From positions 10,064,461-10,128,460 of the forward strand of contig CM082596.2 of NCBI GenBank assembly GCA_040954595.2: 64,000 nt of DNA, given 5' to 3'. The notes under the pieces were generated by a model that saw nothing but the letters and a program-made list of their open reading frames with translations, had not been told where the DNA came from and ran no database searches. This DNA comes from Balanoglossus misakiensis (Eukaryota; Animalia; Hemichordata). Positions 24,343 through 37,900 of this stretch are shown one piece after another. How positions within the stretch are numbered: position 1 is the first letter of the stretch; each line of letters begins with the position of its first letter. The position numbers were made by a program, and so were the translations under genes.

Positions 24343-24580
24343 TTAAAGCTGCAAGCAGTGTTCACTAGGCCCAAGCAATTCCCAGGGTTCCTACAGAATG
24401 CCAAGGATTATCTGCTGTGGATACCCACAATTTTGTCAAAAAGTTTTGATCCTAAACTGATCTATGTCCTACAAAATCGAAACTTCTAGATCTATTGGTT
24501 AGCCTAGAATTAGGAGTGTACATAATTAATTAGGTCAACGGGGGTCCTGAAACTAACCATCAAATTTTAGACACAGCTTA
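24343..24580 (-). mobile_element. 3' end fragment of a Helentron/DINE-1-like element
   Basis: TTAAAGCTGCAAGCAG..GGCCCAAGC is the reverse complement of the element end at 50810-50843. Confidence 0.75.
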
Positions 24581-24735
24581 AATCAATTTCCCATTGTACA
24601 GTTACTATATGCCGCCCTAAATTTCAGTCTGATTGACAAATGTGAAGAAAATTAAAAAGAGATGTCGTCTGATACATTGCCATTTTCTGTGAAGTGACTT
24701 TAAAAGAAAACTGTTTTGTTTGTATTCAACTGCAG

Positions 24736-25005
24736 CAGCAACAACAAGCCAGCAGAACACAAGCAACCATTCCACCACCAAAACAACAAACAGCAGCAAC
24801 AAAACAAACATGGCAACAACAACAACAACAGCAGCAGTTATCACAACAACAACAACAACAACAGCTGTAACTAGGACAACAGCCAAGGCCGCAACCAAAG
24901 GTACCTCAGATGGGCTTGGCACCCAGCTTGCAACAAACACAGCAACAATCAAGTAGTACTCTGCTGGCTGATGACCGGAGATTTTTTGATATTCTGAATC
25001 AATAA
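24736..25005 (+). pseudogene. Terminal polyQ exon with premature stop
   Basis: aactgcag|CAG; QQQQASRTQATIPPPKQQ...QQQL*LGQQPRPQPKVPQMGLAPSLQQTQQQSSSTLLADDRRFFDILNQ*; internal TAA 24868-24870; final TAA 25003-25005; phase 0 matches the upstream donor. Confidence 0.8.
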
Positions 25006-25511
25006 ATTTATACAGGAAACTGACTATAATGAACAGGAGACTGTTCATGCCTTTATTACCATTGTAACTTCTATATACTAAATGAAACACAGATGCCCAA
25101 AGAAATGTCAAAAATTTCTCAAGGTATGCGGGAATTTTCAAATATTCCAGACAGTCGAGTGTTGGGGATTTGGAATATTTATCACTCTCATTTACTGTAT
25201 ACAGACATATCCATTCCAAAGCTATCACCTCCACTCATTCTTCAGTGTTCCTTGATTTAAAAAAAAATAATTTCGAAACAGATCAAATAACACGAAATTG
25301 TTATTCCAGTGTAGTAACAGAATATACTCGGTCTGCACTAATTCTTGCATTAGCTTTACATTGTTTCCATCACAATGCCCTATTTCAATATAACCATATT
25401 TGTATGCCGGGCAGATGTAACTAGTTGTCAGTGTCTATTGTAATACAAAGTCTGCCATACACAAAGAACTGTGCATTGTCTTCTGGTGTGAAAAAAAGAT
25501 ACTTAGGATGT

Positions 25512-25720
25512 ATGTAAAATGGGAAATTTTCATGAGAGATAAATTCGCCCGAATCATGCAAGTGCTAAAAAAACACGAAAACTAAAAAGTCGCGTAAACA
25601 TGTTTTTCAGAAATAATGATGAATTGAAATTCGAGAATGCGATAATTAATCGTTGCATAACAGTTGCCACATTTGATATTATGAAAATTTCCCGTTGCGA
25701 AAATTTCATGTTTTACAGTA
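25512..25720. mobile_element. MITE related to 981-1175
   Basis: TGTAAAATGGGAAATTTTC...GAAAATTTCATGTTTTACAGTA inverted ends. Confidence 0.6.
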
Positions 25721-26091
25721 TATAGCCATATTTTTTCCACTTCCAAAACTAACATCAAGAGTCATGCATGCCACTGGCCCAATAAAGCCTGATAGCTCTT
25801 GCTGGGAATTGTGATGTAACTAGCATCCCCCTTAAAGTCACTGACATTAACTGAACAATGGCGATTGTGTGTAAGGTTATAGTAAAGGCAAGGCTAATTT
25901 AAATTTAAAATGGTACCAATCCTTAATCACACATATGTATCCTTTGACCAATCATTGGAAAAACAAAGTCCGTGATTGACTTCAAAGGGATGCTAATTAC
26001 ATCACGATTCCCTGCAAGGGATATTATGCTTTATTTGGCCAGTGGCATGCATAGTTTTTTGAAAGCAAAGCAGATAAAATACAGCTATATA
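25720..26091. mobile_element. Degenerate foldback MITE
   Basis: ATGCATGCCACTGGCC..GTGATGTAACTAGCATCCC (25763-25840) is inverted at 25976-26052. Confidence 0.7.
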
Positions 26092-28071
26092 CTAGACTAA
26101 TACCTTATTAACTCCTGATCATTGGAGAATGTATCTCTAAAGTTACTCTCTATCGCTCCCTCAGGGAAGAGAGCAGTAGACAGCTCTTTGAGTGTCAGAA
26201 CTTCCAGTTGTATACCAATCATTTGTATTACCCAATCACAGACTTTGTGTTATTGGTCATTTATCTATCCAATTGAAACTCATGTGTTCATTGGAGCATT
26301 ACACCAAAGAAGTCACACTATAACAGTGACAATACAACACTTGCAAAAACATGGATTGCTCAGGTCAGCCTATCTGGTTCCAGATTATCTGTGACCCAAC
26401 TAATGCAGCTATAATGAATGTGTTTGGTTATATACAGAGATTTGTAGATTGTATAAGACGTGTTAATATCACACTCTAGCATGGGGCAATGTATATTTAT
26501 CTTGTGAAAGCCACAAAGTCACTAGCTCTTGATGTTCATTTTCTATTTTTGTTGTTGAATAATTTATTATGAAATTAGATTGAAGCTGAACTCACGACAT
26601 ATGTGTGGACATAACACGTTTATACGTCCATGTCATAATTTTTGTTAAAGCCAAACAATTAAATATCACCATTATAACAAAATTAACAACAATGTAACCC
26701 CGGGGCTGTCACTTTTTTGAATGGATACCGATCCAGAGTTAATGTTTCATTGGAAAGTCTAACAGTGTTTTGAAATGTCACATTGTAATTTGAAAGTTTG
26801 GGCTTGGGCAGTGACAATGACATTGTTTGTGTACACAATTTGAAATGGAGCTCTATGAAAAGAGAAAAGTGGTGTGTGGAAAAGAATGAAGTCTTTGGGC
26901 TTATATCAGGTGCCTTCATTTGACTCTCAAGGAGAGTTTTGTAAAACAATTAACTTGTTGTGTGTCAGCATTATTGGGAAAGATTAAGCACACACATGTA
27001 TACAGGTTAGATTATAATGGAAAATCACCATCAGCCTTTTTTCTTAGCACTCTCACCTTTCACCCCCAGTTCCCTGTGTAGACATCCAACTTTTCCAACA
27101 GAAACAATGGATTTGGACAGAACCATTAGTTCATTTGAATACCGGTATGTATGTAATATGTGTATTTATAACATACATCATGCTAACACTGTGTCATGAT
27201 TCACCAGAATCCGTCACGTGATAAGAAAATAGAATCGACTATGAATCCTCTAGGGAAATAGCGGAAAATATATAAACTGGTCACGTGACCAACAGGATAT
27301 AAAAGAATCCCATGCATATACTTTGTCAGTTCACCTCTGTAGCCAGACTGGCCATACGTATGAACTGATGATGTCCCTGTTATAGGCATATGTCTTGTGA
27401 AACATATAAACCACTTTGGTGTGTTTTGTGTTTGGTGAACAGCGTGACAAGCATGTTAGAATCAAACTATTACATGCATGTTAAGAAATATAGTCTGTTA
27501 TATGGAAGTGACCATAGTTGCCATATTATTAAAATCACATTTTTAATATCAATATTCACATGTCATTGCTTTCTACGTTTCTTGAATTTCCTATCATTTT
27601 ATGTTAACAAAAACAAGAGCCTTCTGTGACAACTTTCGAAAATATTTCATGTAATCAGCCATTCATTTTATGTGTGTGTGAATAATGACCCCATGAGGCT
27701 GTAGAATCATGTATAGTGCTGAAGGGGACGCCATCCATAGCTTTCATATTGCATAAGATGCTAAGTTGGTATTTTCCACATATTGCTTTTTTGTACTGAG
27801 AGTTCTGTATGTTACGCAGTCCTTAAGAAGAGCTTTTGACAAACATTTCATTGTACTTTCAAGACTGCTACAGTATTTAGATATTATATGCAGTATTAGG
27901 AAGAAATATCTTTAATATTTTTATTCTAACAATTTTCCCATCATGCTAAACAAGTAGACAGAAATGTCATGTTAGGATTTTTGCATACATAAAATAAATA
28001 TTCTGACAAAATAAGTGCTTTTGTCTGTCTCTTTGATTTCAGGTGAGGATCAGTATTTGTTGTTGCTTTTT

Positions 28072-28970
28072 CCAGCGTAGATTCCAATCAGAAGACAATT
28101 GTGATGAACAGTATGTTCTGTTTGATTGGGACCTTATGAGATTGGTTGCATCTGTATGGATGTATGGGTGTATGTCCGTCCACATCAAAAACTTGAAAAC
28201 CGCTGCGCGTACAACCTCGATATTTTTTGTGTAGATGCATACCGGGCTGTAGATGGGAGTTTGTTCAAACAAAGTTGTCATTGCCCAAAATATGTAAATT
28301 ATCAGGGAAAAACCTAAATTTGGTCAAAACTCAGAAAATCAACAACCACTGGTCATAATGATTCTGTATGTTTTGAGCTAATACTGTGAATTTTCCATTT
28401 TTTATGCATATTTTGTCTTTTTCCACATATTTGGTAATAAAACCTACTTTCTGGAATTAATCAGCCCACCGCTTTGAAATTTAGTATGGAGCTTCATATA
28501 GGTGATCTGAGATACTAAAGTTTTGTTTAAATTGCTGCAAAATTTGCATAATTATAATTTTGGAGCAATTTTTACATTTTTGATCATTTTTTTCCTGTAA
28601 AACCGCTCGTAAGATCGCTTTGGAAATTTGCATGCATGTTCAAATCAACTTGAAGAATTCAATAGTATATTTTTGTGGTGATTTTAACCATTTTTGTTCA
28701 AAATTCATTCTCAGAACCCTCTACTCCATTGCTTTCAAATTTGATTTAAAGGTTCCTTCCTGAGTTGTCATGATAATTTACAAAACCAATGATGAAAGTG
28801 TCAATCTTTTGTGTGGGCAATATCTTGTATTTTGGGGGCATATTTTCCAATTTTGAAAAATTATATTTCCCAGAAAGTGTAAGGCAGATTACTTTAAAAT
28901 TTAAGTTAATAGGATTGGCTTATTTAGAATTATAATGGAATCAAATTATAGGTAATTCAAAACTTTTATA
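28072..28970 (+). mobile_element. 5' part of an old Helentron/DINE-1-like element
   Basis: Subterminal region followed by a degenerate (GTAT/GTCC)n microsatellite and repeated GCTTTGAAATTT-type core motifs; similar core resumes at ~31700-32165. Confidence 0.55.
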
Positions 28971-28988
28971 TTTTGTAGGATATTTTGT

Positions 28989-29640
28989 TTTATCATACAT
29001 GCAACGCCCGTATTTGGCACTTTCTATTGTTCTCGTCCCGAAGATATTTTACGGTATTACACTGAGTGCAATATATCTTCACTCCGCGTCTCGAACTATT
29101 TTTGAGAACGCTCGGCACGACAGTTCGCTGCGCGTGCGAGCGACGTACGGGGCATAGGACGCTAGTGGAGAGCAGTGTTGTAAAATTCGGTTATTAGAAG
29201 CTATAATAATGTTTTCAAAGTTGGCTGTTTTGCCATGTTGAATGTATCATTTTTACTTCTTCGAAATTCTCAATGCAAAATAATTGTTAACATGATAGTT
29301 TGAAAGAGAACGTAGACAATTTTATTTTGAATGCGGATGTGCCCATCGTAGTGAAAGCTGCCAACCCCCTTAAAATGATACTACGGCCCACACGTCATAC
29401 GTCACAACATGGCTACTGCCGTGATCCCAGGGCGCCTGTTCAAATTTGAAATTGTTTTTCTCGGCGCATTTTCGCAAATCGTACTGTTTTATAGGTAGGC
29501 ATGTATGATAAAGGGGTTATTACACGAATTTTGGTCGATAACGCGACGCATTCTCGTGATGTCCGTATTTTGATGAGTTGCAAAGCAACGAGTCAAAATA
29601 CGGACCCCTAAATATACAACAAAACATTTTATCTCCGCGA
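28989..29640. mobile_element. CpG-rich element with asymmetric inverted repeats (Crypton-like; class tentative)
   Basis: TTTATCATACATGC (28989-29002) inverted at 29499-29512; hairpin GTCCGTATTTTGA..GTTGCAAAGCAAC..TCAAAATACGGAC at ~29561-29604. Confidence 0.55.
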
Positions 29641-32600
29641 CCAGCTGTTCAATTTGGTGCATGGACAGTGTTGGACTCTTGATCTGTCTATGTTTAGAAA
29701 ATTTGATGAAATTCATGATGACTTGGATTGAATTGAATCAATGTTTATTCGCTCTAGGAACACTTTATTGACTACAAACTTTTGTTTTGTTGTTTGTTGG
29801 ATGGGTAAAATTTAAGACCTCTCGGCCAACGCGGAGCAGAGTTTAATTAGTTTTGAAGTTGTGAAAATCGACGAAACAGAGCGAAAAAACGGCAATTTGC
29901 GCTGTCGGCACATTTCTTCTGCCTCGATTTATCGACACCAGGACCTCCCCCCCCCCCCAAAAAAAAATATATCAATTATGGATCATCAAATAACTAGACT
30001 GCATCGTCCATGAAATCAAACTCGACGACAAAAAAACTTCGCCGATTCCGAGGTAAACGCATCCCGACAGGATAAGAACTCCGCTATGTGACATCATCTG
30101 ATTTCTCTGTAAACATTGGTTGGTCGTTACTTCGGGAACGGCACTTAATCTTCTCGGTTGGGCCTTTAATTTCCATGACCCCGGTCGATTCGGCCAAGAC
30201 GCAAACCGATTCTTCACTTTGCAGTTCAGTAAAGTTGGCGAACGGGATAGTCTGTTAATGGTGAATGCAGGCCTGTACGCAGTGCTAGCGAACGGGACAA
30301 ATTGACATAATAAAAGCGAGTGTTGTCAGATTAGTGGGACTGTCATATCATGAACACAATACGGGAGGCGTGATAAGGGCATTATAAAGAGCGAGCGTGA
30401 AACTGACATGGAAACGATCGACAGTACGGTACAGCACAGTGGCTGTGGGTAGAGCGAGCATGTTGCTGTGCCGAACACATTTACCATGTTTGTTAAATAC
30501 AAAACACACCGACTTGACCTGCGGCCGCAGCTGCAGCTTCCTAACGCGCCCTAATCCAAGCAGTTTACGATCTCGTGGATCGTGGTTGGACTGACAAAAT
30601 GACCCAGAAAGAGAACCACATTAGGAAGTATTATAGGTCTGTTTCCTCAAAGTCCAATAAGTGCAAAACTTAACGCACATCAAAATGTTGCCCAGACAAC
30701 GGTAGTTAGCAGTTTGCTTGCTCGGTTTGAAATGCGCGGCTGTGGTAGAAAATTACCCCCTGTTCTTTGGGACGTGAGCCACCCCCCTGAGACAATGGTG
30801 CACTCACACTCGAGAACATAGGTTTGCTATTTGCATATACAAATGGAATATTCCTTCGAATGCGAGCATGTTCCAGTGCGTTCTAAAATAATAAAATATG
30901 CAGCTATAGCATGTATGCATATTCATTGGTGTGTCGTAATGCTAACTTTGGTCTGTGATTGGGTAACAAGTCCCACTCTCCATAACAACAGGTGATCATT
31001 GACCCGTTTCCGGTGTGCGACGTCGGGTTTCAATCACTTTCCTTCTTACTGCCGCGGGATCAAGACGTCTTTTCGGTAGGCTCATAATCCAGTCATTGCT
31101 TTTAGTACCATAGCCTATATAGCTACGTTACCGTCGCTCGATTGTTTTGTCTGGTATTAGGTGATTTGCAGCTATCCGTTCAACACCTTGTAGTTGAACA
31201 GAAGTAGGTCTTATTCCAGAAAAAAATCCGAGCTACGGGCGTGCAGCTAGCCATGCCTCTCGGCCATTCTGTGTATGGCTTCGCTGCTGACCCTGAGGTC
31301 ATAATCGAGAAAGTCTAGTCATATTCATAGGGCTATACTCTGTGAGAATTTTATTGCTAGGCCTCTTGCCTAAGCGCACGTAGAGCCAGTGTTTGCATTT
31401 TTTTAATTTTACGGTTTAAACGTGGTTGGTGTATTTTCGCTTTTCTGTTTGTTTTTTCGTAACATTTTACTGTTTACATGTTGTTGGCGTATTTTCGTTT
31501 TTCTGGTGTGATTTCCACCTCACTGTTGGCATACTTAAACAATTATCCTAATTTTTATTGGGCAAACCGATAAAACCAGAACCACCACAAGTAAAGAAAA
31601 TTGTAATCTGTTTGGTGATAACCCTTTTAGCTTTGAAAGATAACCGATTTGATGTTTTAGTAAAACCAAATTTTTGACCAGGGTGACAAGCATTTTTTTC
31701 TCCAAGAGTCGTGTTGCTTTGAAGCATACATTTGGATATATGGTCCCATTTGATGAAAACCTGGTTGATGAAAAATGTGCATATTTATAATTTTGTAGAA
31801 TTTTTTGTCTTGTTTGGTCAAAAATTGTTTTATCTAAAACTGCTTGTCAGATTGCTTTCAAATTTTGCAGGGTTGTTCCTTGGGAATAATTAAGTGAGAT
31901 GTTTTAGAAAAATACTTGAAATTTGCATATTTGCGTTTTGTGTGTGATAGTTTTGGAATTTTTCATTAAAAATTATTTTCTTTCAAACTGATTGTCAGAT
32001 TGCCTTGAGCTTTGGTAGGCATGTTCCCTGAAGCGATTGACGTAAGATATTGTACAATTTTGGTGAAAATACTGATTTTTCTGAAACTGCATATGGGATT
32101 GCTTTGAAATTTGATAGGATTATTGCAATGGGTAACCCAAGTTTTGTCTGATTGTGTTGATTTCCCTATACTGAGACTCGCCAAGTACACTATATGTTTA
32201 TATTACTAGAGAGTTCAGAATCCAATATGGCCGCCATACGAACTGGGACATACTGTGTAATCAGATTATTTTCTAAACTTGTCATATTTTAATTTCTCGA
32301 TCTCACAAATAAAAATGAAATGCCAAAAACTGAGTAACTTTCGTTTCTTCCCGCTTGGTGTCCATTAAAGTCTTTTTCCTCCCACTGGGAAAGTGGCTAG
32401 AGTCAATATGTGCATAATGGCAGCATTATATGGCACTGAATAAATGGCAGGGGTGTTTACATCTCCTAATTTGTTTTCACTTAAACCATTATAAATATCT
32501 AACAGTATATGATCATATTGTGTATGCAACTCGGAGATGTGTTTCACTTCAGGGTTGGAAGTTTGTTTAGTCAAGTCTGGGAAGTGACATGTCTTCAAAG

Positions 32601-32830
32601 TGACTGATGTTATCTGCTTAGAGATGAATGCCCATTGGTGTTCTTTCCTAGGAATACATTTTCTTTGCATTTCATAGACCTGTGTATAATTATAATTTCA
32701 GTTATATATTCTAATTTGCGTTTAGGTAGAGTATGCATGGAATTAAAATAATTATTCTGTAATTACCCAACAAAAATGTTGGTCTTACAATTGTCTAGCA
32801 AGTGGATATTTTGATTGTTAATTTGCACAG

Positions 32831-33114
32831 GCAACATTATGGAAGTAGCATAAAGAGTATTCAATAATATAGCAGACCTTCTAGCCAGAAAGAAGAGCTT
32901 AGAAGATTTATCAGCTCATAATATTCCTTTAACCAATGAACTTTATATGAACTTGCACACCTGCCTTGAAGATACAGGGATTAATGTTCAGGAAACCTTA
33001 CCAGCTCTAGTACATTTATTTCAGCCAGAAATTGAATTACCAGATAAAAAAATCAGTAATTTTACAAAGATACAGTCAGAAAATAAATGGAGAAAGCCAG
33101 CAAGGAAGGCATAA
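32831..33114 (+). pseudogene. Orphan terminal-exon-like coding remnant
   Basis: ttgcacag|GC; ~94 codons NIMEVA*RVFNNIADLLARKKSLEDLSAHNIPLTNELYMNLHTCLEDTG...KWRKPARKA* with a single internal TAA. Confidence 0.45.
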
Positions 33115-34018
33115 AAGTGGAATACATGAAAGACACAGTTAGCTTAAACTACATGTGTATGCAGTAAAAACTGTATGGTGCAAGGACGTTCATTTTTATG
33201 ATTTATAGCCAGCCAGTCTTTCCATGCATATCATACCAAAATTAATATGAAAATTGTGTAAATGTTAATAGACTACAAGGAAAGTACAAATACATGTAGA
33301 AATTACACTATCCAACTTTCTCCACTTTTGATATCTGCTCAACACAGGCAAGCAAAAGGGCCGATCTGAGAGTTTGACTTGAATGATGGCAATTTTTGCT
33401 GTCCAGAAGTAACTGTATAAAATATTTTTTGGTAGTAGTATTATTGCTCAAAATACACAAGAATTTAAATATCTCCGCTCGCTACAGTGATTGAACTGAT
33501 TTTCAGCAAATTGCAGTGTATAAATAAACATTGCCATCTAATGAAATATCAATCCAATATGGCCGCCCATTTGCAATGGTAAAATGCTAGTTTTTTCCTT
33601 TTTTGAGCGCCTGGGAATTTAAATTATAATCCAGATATCAAACACTTAAGTCACTATCTGTATCTGCACATATATTGTAATATATTCTGAAAATTTCGTT
33701 ACAATTAGATCAACTATGATTGAGACACGGAACATCAAACATTGCAAAATTTCATATTTCCCATGGTGCCATGCAAAAAATAGAGAGATTTTCTTTACAA
33801 GTTTAGATGATCTCCTGTAAAACTGAAAGAAGTATTCTTCTGTGAATCGTGCATAATTTTTTGAAAAATGTTGAAGGTACTTGAGAATATCAGTATTTTT
33901 TGATGCTTTTGTACCTTGAAAACTGGTGAACCGATTTTGATAATTTTCTTTATTATAACCTACAAAGACCTATAAACATTTTTTATCAGTAAAATAAACA
34001 GCCTTATATAATTTTACT

Positions 34019-34708
34019 GGTCCAGCTGTTACAGAGACCACTGGCTATTTTATTATAAACTGGTGGTAGGTCAGTGAATGCCTCTGTCTGATTGGACTAA
34101 TTAGCTTGTCATACTCGCATGTATTTTTAAAGACAGTTTTTGGACAACAATCAGCTGTGGTCCAGCTGTTACAGAGACCTCCGGCTATTTATTATAAACT
34201 GGTGGTAGGTCAGTAAATGCCTCTGTCTGATTGGACTAATTAGCTTGTCATACTCGCATGTATTTTACAGACAGTTTTTGGACAAAAATCAGTTGTGGTC
34301 CAGCTGTTACAGAGACCACCGGCTATTTTATTATAAACTGGTGGTAGGTCAGTGAATGCCTCTGTCTGATAGGACTAATTAGCTTGTCATACTCGCATGT
34401 ATTTTACAGACAATTTTTGGACAAAAATCAGTTGTGGTCCAGCTGTTACAGAGACCACCGACTATTTTATTATAAACTGGTGGTAGGTCAGTGAATGCCC
34501 TTGTCTGATAGGACTAATTAGCTTGTCATACTCGCATGAATTTTACAGACAGTTTTTGGACAAAAATCAGCTGTGGTCCAGCTGTTACAGAGACCACCGG
34601 TTATTTTATTATAAACTGGTGGTAGGTCAGTGAATGCCTCTGTCTGATTGGACTAATTAGCTTGTCATACTCGCATGTATTTTACAGACAGTTTTTGGAC
34701 AAAAATCT
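34019..34708. repeat. Tandem repeat, five copies of ~139 bp
   Basis: GGTCCAGCTGTTACAGAGACC starts at 34019, 34159, 34297, 34436 and 34575. Confidence 0.97.
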
Positions 34709-34924
34709 GTTTTTTTAGTGCTGCTTGTAGGATTGCAGTGACACATAACACTTGATTGGGCATAGTGAATTTTTTTATGTTTCCATAGTATTTGAATATT
34801 TTTGCCATATATGCTTGCCAATGTCGCCCGTGATTTTAATTCTGGCGAATACCTAAAATCTGTGTAATCCCCAAATGGCACAACAGTATCCTATATGCTA
34901 TGTTTTAAGAAGTTAATTATACAT

Positions 34925-37900
34925 AGATATGCATCTTGTTAAAATGCACAACAGTCACGATTTTGTTCACACGAGTTTGATTGCTGCCAGGACATAACCC
35001 AAATATTTTGATAATTTTGGCAATGACCTTTGAACTACTATCCCATGCCTTGGCATGTACAGCAGATACAGCCTTCAAATTTGGAGGACTGGAACACCTA
35101 ATGAAGTACATGTATTAACTTTAACACAATAATTATGTACATAAGCTCTTTAAAGTTACCCAATAGATCTTAGAAGTCTGGTTTTTGCTGGACACTGATT
35201 AGTTTGATATCAAAATTTGTTGGCCCAACTTTGCGTGAACTCTGGCTTACTTACCATTTCTCAGCACCCATAACAAATACAGCCTTTGCTTTCTGTTGGA
35301 ACCATGCTAACCACTTTGGCTCCTCCAATGCTGCTTATAGTTGGGTCTTCTTCATGGCAGCCATATTTGATTTTTGGATAACCTTTAAAAGTTGACATTT
35401 TTTTCAAAAATTACAAGGCCAATCAAGTTCTAATTTACAGTCCGTTCCAATTTTTTTCAATAATATTGTTAGTGGTCATGCGAATTTGGATTCATTATGG
35501 ATTTTTGAAAAATCTCATGAAAAATTTCCAAAGTCTTTTTTTAATCAAGCTTTCAAGTGAATTGTGATTGCTTTAACCTTATTCGAGCCAAATTGTATTT
35601 TCTGAACACCGATGAAAAACAAAGATTTCCTATTTCTAGCCTACTCATTGATAGCACACAAATTAATTTTATTGATACGAGTCACCATATGACTAGAATA
35701 CGTTACATTTTTGGCAACTTTCACATGTTCTTTGATCCAGTTGTTTTTCAGAATTTGATTAAACAATTTATTGGCCACTCTCACATGTCCTTTGATCCAG
35801 TAATTCTAGAACTTAATTTTATGTGGATATGCCTCTTGTTAAAAAGCACAACAGTCATGATTTTGTTCACATGAGAACTATTGCTGCCAGGACATAACCC
35901 AACTATTTTTATAATTCTGGCAATGATCTACTTTCCCATAACTTGCCATGCACAGCAGATACAGCTTTCAAATTTAGGGGACTGGAACATCTAATGAAGT
36001 ATTAATCTTTAACACAATACTTATGTACGTATCCTATTTAAAGTTAACCAATAGAGCTTAGAACTTTGGTTCTTGTTGAACACTGATCAGTTTGATATCA
36101 GATTTTGTTGGCACAATTTTGCGTGACCTCTGGCTTACTTACCATTTCTAGCCATCCAAAAAAGATACAGAGCTTGCTTTCTGTTGGAACCATGTTAACT
36201 GCTTTGGCACCTGTAATGCTGCATGTTCCTTTAATTGTCTTCTTCATGGTGGCTATATTGAATTTTCTGATAACCTCTAAAAGTTGACATTTTTTTCAAA
36301 ACTACAGGGCCAATCAAGTTCTAATTTACTGTCCCTTCCAATTTTTTTCAATAATATTGTTAGTGGTCATGCGAATTTGGATTCATTATGGATTTTTGAA
36401 AAATGTCATGAAAAATTTCCAAAGTCTTTTTTTAATCAAGCTTTCAAGTGTATTGTGATTGCTTTAACCTTATTCGAGCCAAATTGGATTTTCTGAACTC
36501 TGATTAAAAACGAAGATTTCCTATTTCTAGCCTACTCATTGAAAGCACGCAAATTCATTTTATTGATATGAGTCACCATATGAATAGAATACTTTACATT
36601 TTTTGGCAAATTTCACATGTCCTTTGATTCAGATTTGTTAGAACTGAATTGTACTTGGATATGTCTCTTGTTAAAAAGCACAACAGTCATGATTGTGTTC
36701 ACTTGAGTTTTGTCGCTGCCAGGACATAACCGAAATATTTTGATAATTTTGGCAATGACCCTTGATCTACTTGGATATGTCTCATGTTAAAAAGCACAAC
36801 AGTCTTGATTTTGTTCACACGAGTTTTATCGCTGCCAGGACATAACCAAAATATTTTGATAATTTTGGCAATGACCCTTGATCTACTTGGATATGTCTCT
36901 TGTTAAAAAGCACAACAGTCTTGATTTTGTTCACATGAGTTTTATCGCTGCCAGGACATAAACCAAATATTTTGATAATTTTGGCAATGACCCTTGATCT
37001 ACTTGGATATGTCTCTTGTTAAAAAGCACAACAGTCATGATTGTGTTCACACGAGATTTATTGCTGCCAGGACATAACCCAAATATTTTGTTAAGTTTGG
37101 CAATGACCCTTGATCTTCTTGGATATGTCTCTTGTTAAAAAGCACAACTGTCATGATTTTGTTCACATGAGTTTTATTGCTGCCAGGACATAACCCAAAT
37201 ATTTTGATAATTTTGGCAATGACCCTTGATCTACTTGGATATGTCTCTTGTTAAAAAGCACAACAGTCAGGATTTTGTTCACATGAGTTTTATCACTGCC
37301 AGGACATAACCCAAATATTTTGATAATTTTGGCAATGACCCTTGATCTACTTGGATATGTCTCTTGTTAAAAAGCACAACAGTCATGATTGTGTTAACAC
37401 GAGTTTTATTGCTGCCAGGACATAACCCAAATATTTTGATAATTTTGGCAATGACCCTTGATCTTCTTGGATATGTCTCTTGTTAAAAAGCACAACAGTC
37501 ATGATTTTGTTCACATGAGTTTTATTGCTGCCAGGACATAACCCAAATATTTTGATAATTTTGGCAATGACCCTTGATCTACTTGGATATGTCTCTTGTT
37601 AAAAAGCACAACAGTCAGGATTTTGTTCACATGAGTTTTATTGCTTCCAGGACATAACCAAAATATTTTGATAATTTTGGCAATGACTCTTGATCTACTT
37701 TGATATGTCTCTTGTTAAAAAGCACAACAGTCAGGATTTTGTTCACATGAGTACTATTGCTGGCAGGACATAACCAAACTATTTTGATAATTTTGGCAAT
37801 GACTCTTCATCTACTTGGATATGTCTCTTGTTAAAATGCACAACATACATGATTTTGTTCACATGAATTCTATTGCTGTCAGGACATAACCCAAATATTT

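Larger units (their letters stand above)
1..25005 (+). pseudogene. Decayed multi-exon gene for a low-complexity Gln/Ser/Thr/Pro-rich protein (5' part lies outside the window)
   Basis: Six AG..GT-bounded exon remnants (1-26+494-519, 1209-1470, 1906-2089, 3962-4110, 15459-15708 with duplicate 21531-21780, 24736-25005) with mostly compatible phases and similar composition; two in-frame stops, two apparent frameshifts and one MITE insertion. Confidence 0.7.

Noticed and set aside
24617-25234. 205-aa minus-strand hydrophobic ORF and overlapping Thr-rich mucin-like ORF
   Set aside because: Antisense and shifted readings of the (CAA)n polyQ exon; splice phase supports the Gln frame
34019-34708. CRISPR-like array
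   Set aside because: The whole 139-bp unit repeats; there are no variable spacers
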